Shown piece by piece: positions 53,577 to 56,566 of a DNA stretch of 56,566 bases. Under the pieces are notes generated by a model that worked only from the letters and a program-made list of their open reading frames with translations, made no database searches and was not told the origin of the DNA. Each line of letters opens with the position of its first letter. Positions within the stretch are counted from its first letter, which is position 1. This DNA is from Verrucomicrobia bacterium UBA6015 (lineage in GTDB: Bacteria > Verrucomicrobiota > Kiritimatiellia > UBA8416). A program made the translations under genes and the position numbers. The stretch lies in contig DIZZ01000207.1 of NCBI GenBank assembly GCA_002428045.1, positions 1 through 56,566 of the forward strand, written 5' to 3'.

Positions 53577-54050
53577 ATGAAAATCAAGAGTATCAGGAAA
53601 AAGTCTTCAGTCTTCAGTCTTCGGTCTTGGGGCTGCCGTCTGCGATCCTCCCTCGGCTTCACCCTGCTGGAGCTGCTCATCGTCATCTCGGTGATCATGG
53701 TCCTGGCGGGGTTGCTTCTGTCAGCCTTCTTCAAGGTCAAGAACGCAGCCAAGGATAAGCAAGTACAGATTGAGAGAAAAGTGATCGAGGCAGCCATTCA
53801 AGCCTATAAAATGCAGGAGCGGAAAATGCCCGCAGAGGACGTCGATTTGCGGAGCGGGGTTGATAAAACCTACGGGGATGATGATGATAACAATCCGGTG
53901 ATGAGGTTTTTAACCAACAGTATCCCACCGGTTCTGGATACCAACAAGCTGCGCTGGGACGAGCATGGAAATGTGCTGAATCCGGATGGTGAAAAGTACA
54001 AAATCACACTGGACCTGAATAACGACAACAGCGGCACGAATGTGGAATAA
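53577..54050 (+). CDS. Prepilin-type pseudopilin with a 27-aa leader
   Basis: It has LG|FTLLELLIVISV. The leader contains heptamer array H1. Confidence 0.75.
   Translation: MKIKSIRKKSSVFSLRSWGCRLRSSLGFTLLELLIVISVIMVLAGLLLSAFFKVKNAAKDKQVQIERKVIEAAIQAYKMQERKMPAEDVDLRSGVDKTYGDDDDNNPVMRFLTNSIPPVLDTNKLRWDEHGNVLNPDGEKYKITLDLNNDNSGTNVE
53602..53629. repeat. Heptamer tandem array H1: AGTCTTC x3 plus GGTCTTG
   Basis: Read directly from the sequence. It lies inside the leader-peptide codons of the 53577 gene. Confidence 0.85.
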
Positions 54051-54091
54051 AAGACGCCGCCTGCAAACGGCAAAGGAAAGCGACCTTCGCA

Positions 54092-54640
54092 ATGAAAAAC
54101 CAGCGAGTCAGCCAAACGTCGACAGCCAAAGGCCTGCAGTCTGCAGTTTGCAGACTGCAGTCTTCTTCCCACCGCCGCCGGACGGCAGGCTTTACCCTGC
54201 TGGAGTTGATGACCGTCATGCTCATCATGTTCATCATGATGGGGGTTGCCTCGGTCTCGTTGCGCGGTGTGGTGCGGGGCGCGGGCGTTAGCGGGGCGGT
54301 ATCCAATGTGCGAGCAGTACTGACCCAGGCTCGACAGAATGCCATTATCAAACAGCAGGAGACCTATGTGAAGTTCCGAAGTGGAGCCACCAATGACATG
54401 CAGATCAGCGTGCGGCTCAAGGACTGGGAAACCGGAAGCATCACCACCAATTATGCCGGTCCTTTTCGATCCTTGCCGGAGGGAATCGAGTTTGGTTCAT
54501 CGGCAGAGGTGGCATTCAAGCCCGACGGATCGGCTAAAGTGCCATTGAACAACCTCCAGATGCGTCAACGGAATGCTCCGCTTGGTGCGGCTGCCTTTAC
54601 CATTCAGGTAACACAGGCGGGAAAGATCTCGATCAACTAG
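54092..54640 (+). CDS. Prepilin-type pseudopilin (GspH-like by position) with a 33-aa leader
   Basis: It has AG|FTLLELMTVML. The leader contains array H2. Confidence 0.75.
   Translation: MKNQRVSQTSTAKGLQSAVCRLQSSSHRRRTAGFTLLELMTVMLIMFIMMGVASVSLRGVVRGAGVSGAVSNVRAVLTQARQNAIIKQQETYVKFRSGATNDMQISVRLKDWETGSITTNYAGPFRSLPEGIEFGSSAEVAFKPDGSAKVPLNNLQMRQRNAPLGAAAFTIQVTQAGKISIN
54134..54165. repeat. Heptamer array H2 (CTGCAGT CTGCAGT TTGCAGA CTGCAGT; in the other register AGTCTGC AGTTTGC AGACTGC AGTCTTC). It forms a 12-bp perfect hairpin.
   Basis: The arms 54134-54145 and 54149-54160 are exact reverse complements with a GTT loop. TCTTCTT follows the hairpin. Confidence 0.9.
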
Positions 54641-54654
54641 CAAGGGAGCCGAGG

Positions 54655-55137
54655 ATGACAGTACAAGCGCAAAAACGCGGATTCAGTCTGATCGAGATCA
54701 ATCTGGCGATCTTCCTGGTCGCCATGGGGATGCTGACCTTGTTCAGTCTCTTCCCCAGCGGCATGAAACAGATCGAGACGGCGCATGAAAGCACCCAGGA
54801 GGCACTTTTTGGCGATTATGTTCTCAATACCATGCGGGCCGAGGCGCTGCAAATCCAGGACGGCACGGTGTGGACGAATTTGACGGAGTTCCAAGCGGCA
54901 GTGGTGGTTGGGTTGACGAATGTTGTGGTTCAAAGCAGTGTTTCCGATCCCTTGCAATTTCCCGATGGGTCTGGGCTTCATATGCGGTACATCTTGAATG
55001 TGAGTGATGCAGGCAGTGGCTTACGTTCCGCGACGCTCTGGTGCCGCAGCGGGCAGTACGGGGACAACGATCCAAACGCGTTCAAGGCCAGTGCTGCGAA
55101 ATTCTATACGGAGTTCTTTTATTCGGGGATGCCGTAG
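54655..55137 (+). CDS. Prepilin-type pseudopilin (GspI-like by position)
   Basis: It has RG|FSLIEINLAIFLV and a 9-aa leader. Confidence 0.75.
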   Translation: MTVQAQKRGFSLIEINLAIFLVAMGMLTLFSLFPSGMKQIETAHESTQEALFGDYVLNTMRAEALQIQDGTVWTNLTEFQAAVVVGLTNVVVQSSVSDPLQFPDGSGLHMRYILNVSDAGSGLRSATLWCRSGQYGDNDPNAFKASAAKFYTEFFYSGMP

Positions 55138-55150
55138 GGGGGAAGGGGAA

Positions 55151-55181
55151 GACTGCAGACTGCAGACTACAGACTGGAGAC
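55151..55181. repeat. Heptamer array H3 (GACTGCA x2, GACTACA, GACTGGA), the reverse-complement orientation of H4
   Basis: Read directly from the sequence. It is intergenic, 14 nt after the stop of the 54655 gene. Confidence 0.9.
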
Positions 55182-55202
55182 GTGACACTTAGGGGGCGGA
55201 GG

Positions 55203-55835
55203 ATGGAAATTAAAAAACAGAGCATAAGCAAAAAGTCTACAGTCTGCAGTCTGCAGTCTGCAGTCTGTCTCACCCCCAGGGCAGTCTGTCTCGCCCGCAG
55301 GGCGGGCGGCTTCACACTGATCGAGCTGCTGGTGGCGATGGGCATCCTGATGATCATTGTGCTGATGCTGGCCAACATTTTTCAAGTGAGTGCCCGGAGC
55401 TGGGAGGTGGGTATGCGCCAAGCGGATGTTGGCCTGGAGGCCCGGGCCGCGATCAACCTGCTACAGCAGGATCTGGCGCGCGCCGTTGCCTCGAGCAATG
55501 CCTTGCAGCAGTTCACGATATCGGGATCGAGTTTATCCTTCGCGATGTTTGCCGATGAGGGCTCCACCAACAGTGCCGCGATCGAAAGGGTCAGCTACTC
55601 AGGATCGGGTGGCTTGACGCGGACCTTGGATGGAGCGTCCAGCGTATTATGCGAAGGCGGCGACTTCACGTTTGTCGCGATTCCAGCTTCGGCGGGAGCT
55701 TCAGGGCTGCCGGGGGCGGTCGAAGTATCGCTGAAGATGACCTCGGACAAGCCGTTCGCGTCAAAGGTACGCGTGTATGCAGAAGATCATGAATACGACC
55801 CGGACAACACGGAGTGGGCGGATACCCATCGATGA
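55203..55835 (+). CDS. Prepilin-type pseudopilin (GspJ-like by position) with a 36-aa leader
   Basis: Trimmed to MEIKKQSI, with GG|FTLIELLVAMG. The leader contains array H4 and a 21-bp duplication. Confidence 0.75.
   Translation: MEIKKQSISKKSTVCSLQSAVCLTPRAVCLARRAGGFTLIELLVAMGILMIIVLMLANIFQVSARSWEVGMRQADVGLEARAAINLLQQDLARAVASSNALQQFTISGSSLSFAMFADEGSTNSAAIERVSYSGSGGLTRTLDGASSVLCEGGDFTFVAIPASAGASGLPGAVEVSLKMTSDKPFASKVRVYAEDHEYDPDNTEWADTHR
55234..55268. repeat. Heptamer array H4: AGTCTAC, AGTCTGC x3, AGTCTGT
   Basis: Read directly from the sequence. It covers codons 11-22 of the 55203 gene. Confidence 0.9.
55260..55301. repeat. 21-bp in-frame tandem duplication (GCAGTCTGTCTCaCCCcCAGG / GCAGTCTGTCTCgCCCgCAGG)
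   Basis: The two units match at 19/21 positions and encode AVCLTPR/AVCLARR. Confidence 0.8.
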
Positions 55836-55841
55836 AAGGTA

Positions 55842-55863
55842 GAACAGGCATCCTTGCCTGTTC
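55842..55863 (+). other. Intercistronic hairpin GAACAGGCA-tcct-TGCCTGTTC (9-bp perfect stem, no U tract)
   Basis: Read directly from the sequence. It lies between the 55203 and 55896 genes. Confidence 0.6.
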
Positions 55864-55895
55864 ACGTGGCAAAAGCTGAGCAAAAGGAACGCTCA

Positions 55896-56324
55896 ATGAT
55901 GAAATCTAAAAAAGCCTTCACGCTGATGGAGATGCTGGTGGTGCTGGTGGTGGTTGGGATTCTCTCGGCGCTGCTCTTCCCTGCCCTGATGCGGGCACGC
56001 GAGCGGGCCAGGGTTACTCGGGCACGCGACGAGGTCGAAGCCCTGCAGCAGGCCTGGATAGCCTATTGGAATACCTATACCAATTTCCCTGCCGTCAGCG
56101 AGATGGATGCGGCTGCCGTGGCGATTCTGGGGGGGGATGACGCGACGGCGAACCGCTTCAAGATCGTGTTCATGGAGTTCGATAATGTGCATTACGCCGA
56201 GGGGTTCAAGGATCCGTGGGGAGTAAATTGCTATAAGTTAGACTTTGCGGAGGGGACGACAACCAACCAATGGACTTACACCACGCGGGCGCATTGCGTG
56301 AACACGGCACGGAACAATTACTGA
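55896..56324 (+). CDS. Prepilin-type pseudopilin, GspG-like C-terminus, with Ala at position -1
   Basis: Trimmed to MMKSKKA|FTLMEMLVVLVVVG. It has a DPWGVNCY motif. Confidence 0.75.
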   Translation: MMKSKKAFTLMEMLVVLVVVGILSALLFPALMRARERARVTRARDEVEALQQAWIAYWNTYTNFPAVSEMDAAAVAILGGDDATANRFKIVFMEFDNVHYAEGFKDPWGVNCYKLDFAEGTTTNQWTYTTRAHCVNTARNNY

Positions 56325-56363
56325 GGGAAGCCGAGGGGAATGGGATTTGAAGAGGTAGGGCAA

Positions 56364-56439
56364 AGACCTCCGTGCGAGCCGCTCGTGGCGGAGGCGGTGG
56401 GTTAGACGGGCGCGGCTTGGCGGGGACGCCCGCGCCCTA
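56364..56439. repeat. GC-rich dispersed repeat, copy B (76 bp)
   Basis: It matches copy A (7157-7232) at 61/76 positions. It lies 44 nt upstream of the gspK-like ATG. Confidence 0.7.
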
Positions 56440-56482
56440 TCTTTTGGGATACGAGCATCGGTGGATTTTGTGGGGAAAACGT

Positions 56483-56566
56483 ATGGAAAAAAATAACAAA
56501 AATGGCGTGGCGGTAATCATCGTGCTGGGGCTGCTGGCACTGCTGATGGTGCTTGGCGTCACGTTC
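56483..56566 (+). CDS. GspK-like minor pseudopilin, 5' partial (runs off the window)
   Basis: The N-terminus is MEKNNKNGVAVIIVLGLLALLMVLGVTF..., which is GspK-type (no Phe/Glu prepilin motif, hydrophobic helix). Confidence 0.5.
   Translation, partial: MEKNNKNGVAVIIVLGLLALLMVLGVTF

Noticed and set aside
53602-55268. Interpreting the short repeat arrays as a CRISPR array.
   Set aside because: The units are 7 nt and directly abutting, with no spacers. There are no cas genes, and the arrays are only 21-35 nt long. They are microsatellite-type tandem repeats.

Overview
This is a 56.6-kb high-GC bacterial chromosomal window. The gene order suggests the PVC superphylum (an inference): RNase HIII is present, the ribosomal cluster lacks L30 and S4, and there are many 'GFTLIELL' prepilin-type genes. 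All protein-family calls come from motif recognition by eye, with no BLAST or HMM search, and gene starts are approximate to within a few codons.

**Layout**
- **1-5.3 kb:** a minus-strand NAD-salvage string, prlC-pncB-nrtR-pncA, with a candidate NrtR operator.
- **5.6-15.2 kb:** a membrane zinc-ribbon protein, tolB-pal, tatA-tatC, a fused membrane/spermidine-synthase-like protein, folC and wecB.
- **15.2-20.1 kb:** a small accessory islet between wecB and rnhC. It holds a truncated Phd/YefM antitoxin stub, a patatin-like phospholipase, and a 954-aa protein fusing a PrimPol/AEP domain, an SF2 helicase and a DUF559 nuclease. It also holds a frameshifted nucleotidyltransferase remnant and a 24-bp perfect palindrome.
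- **21.3-50.8 kb:** an uninterrupted translation/transcription super-cluster, running tRNA-Thr, tuf, rpmG, tRNA-Trp, secE, nusG, rplKAJL, rpoBC, rpsLG, fusA, then the S10/spc/alpha genes through rplQ.
- **50.9-56.6 kb:** gspF followed by eight prepilin-type pseudopilin genes.

**Most notable observations**
- The AEP-helicase-nuclease fusion, possibly acting together with the adjacent patatin gene, is a candidate uncharacterised defence or conflict module.
- Related heptanucleotide tandem arrays (AGTCTGC/AGTCTTC, in both orientations, rich in CTGCAG) lie in junctions and inside the long leader-peptide coding regions of the pseudopilin operon. They form a 12-bp perfect hairpin and a 19-bp perfect inverted repeat that brackets one gene's RBS and start codon.
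- A 76-bp GC-rich dispersed repeat occurs twice, upstream of tolB and upstream of the gspK-like gene.
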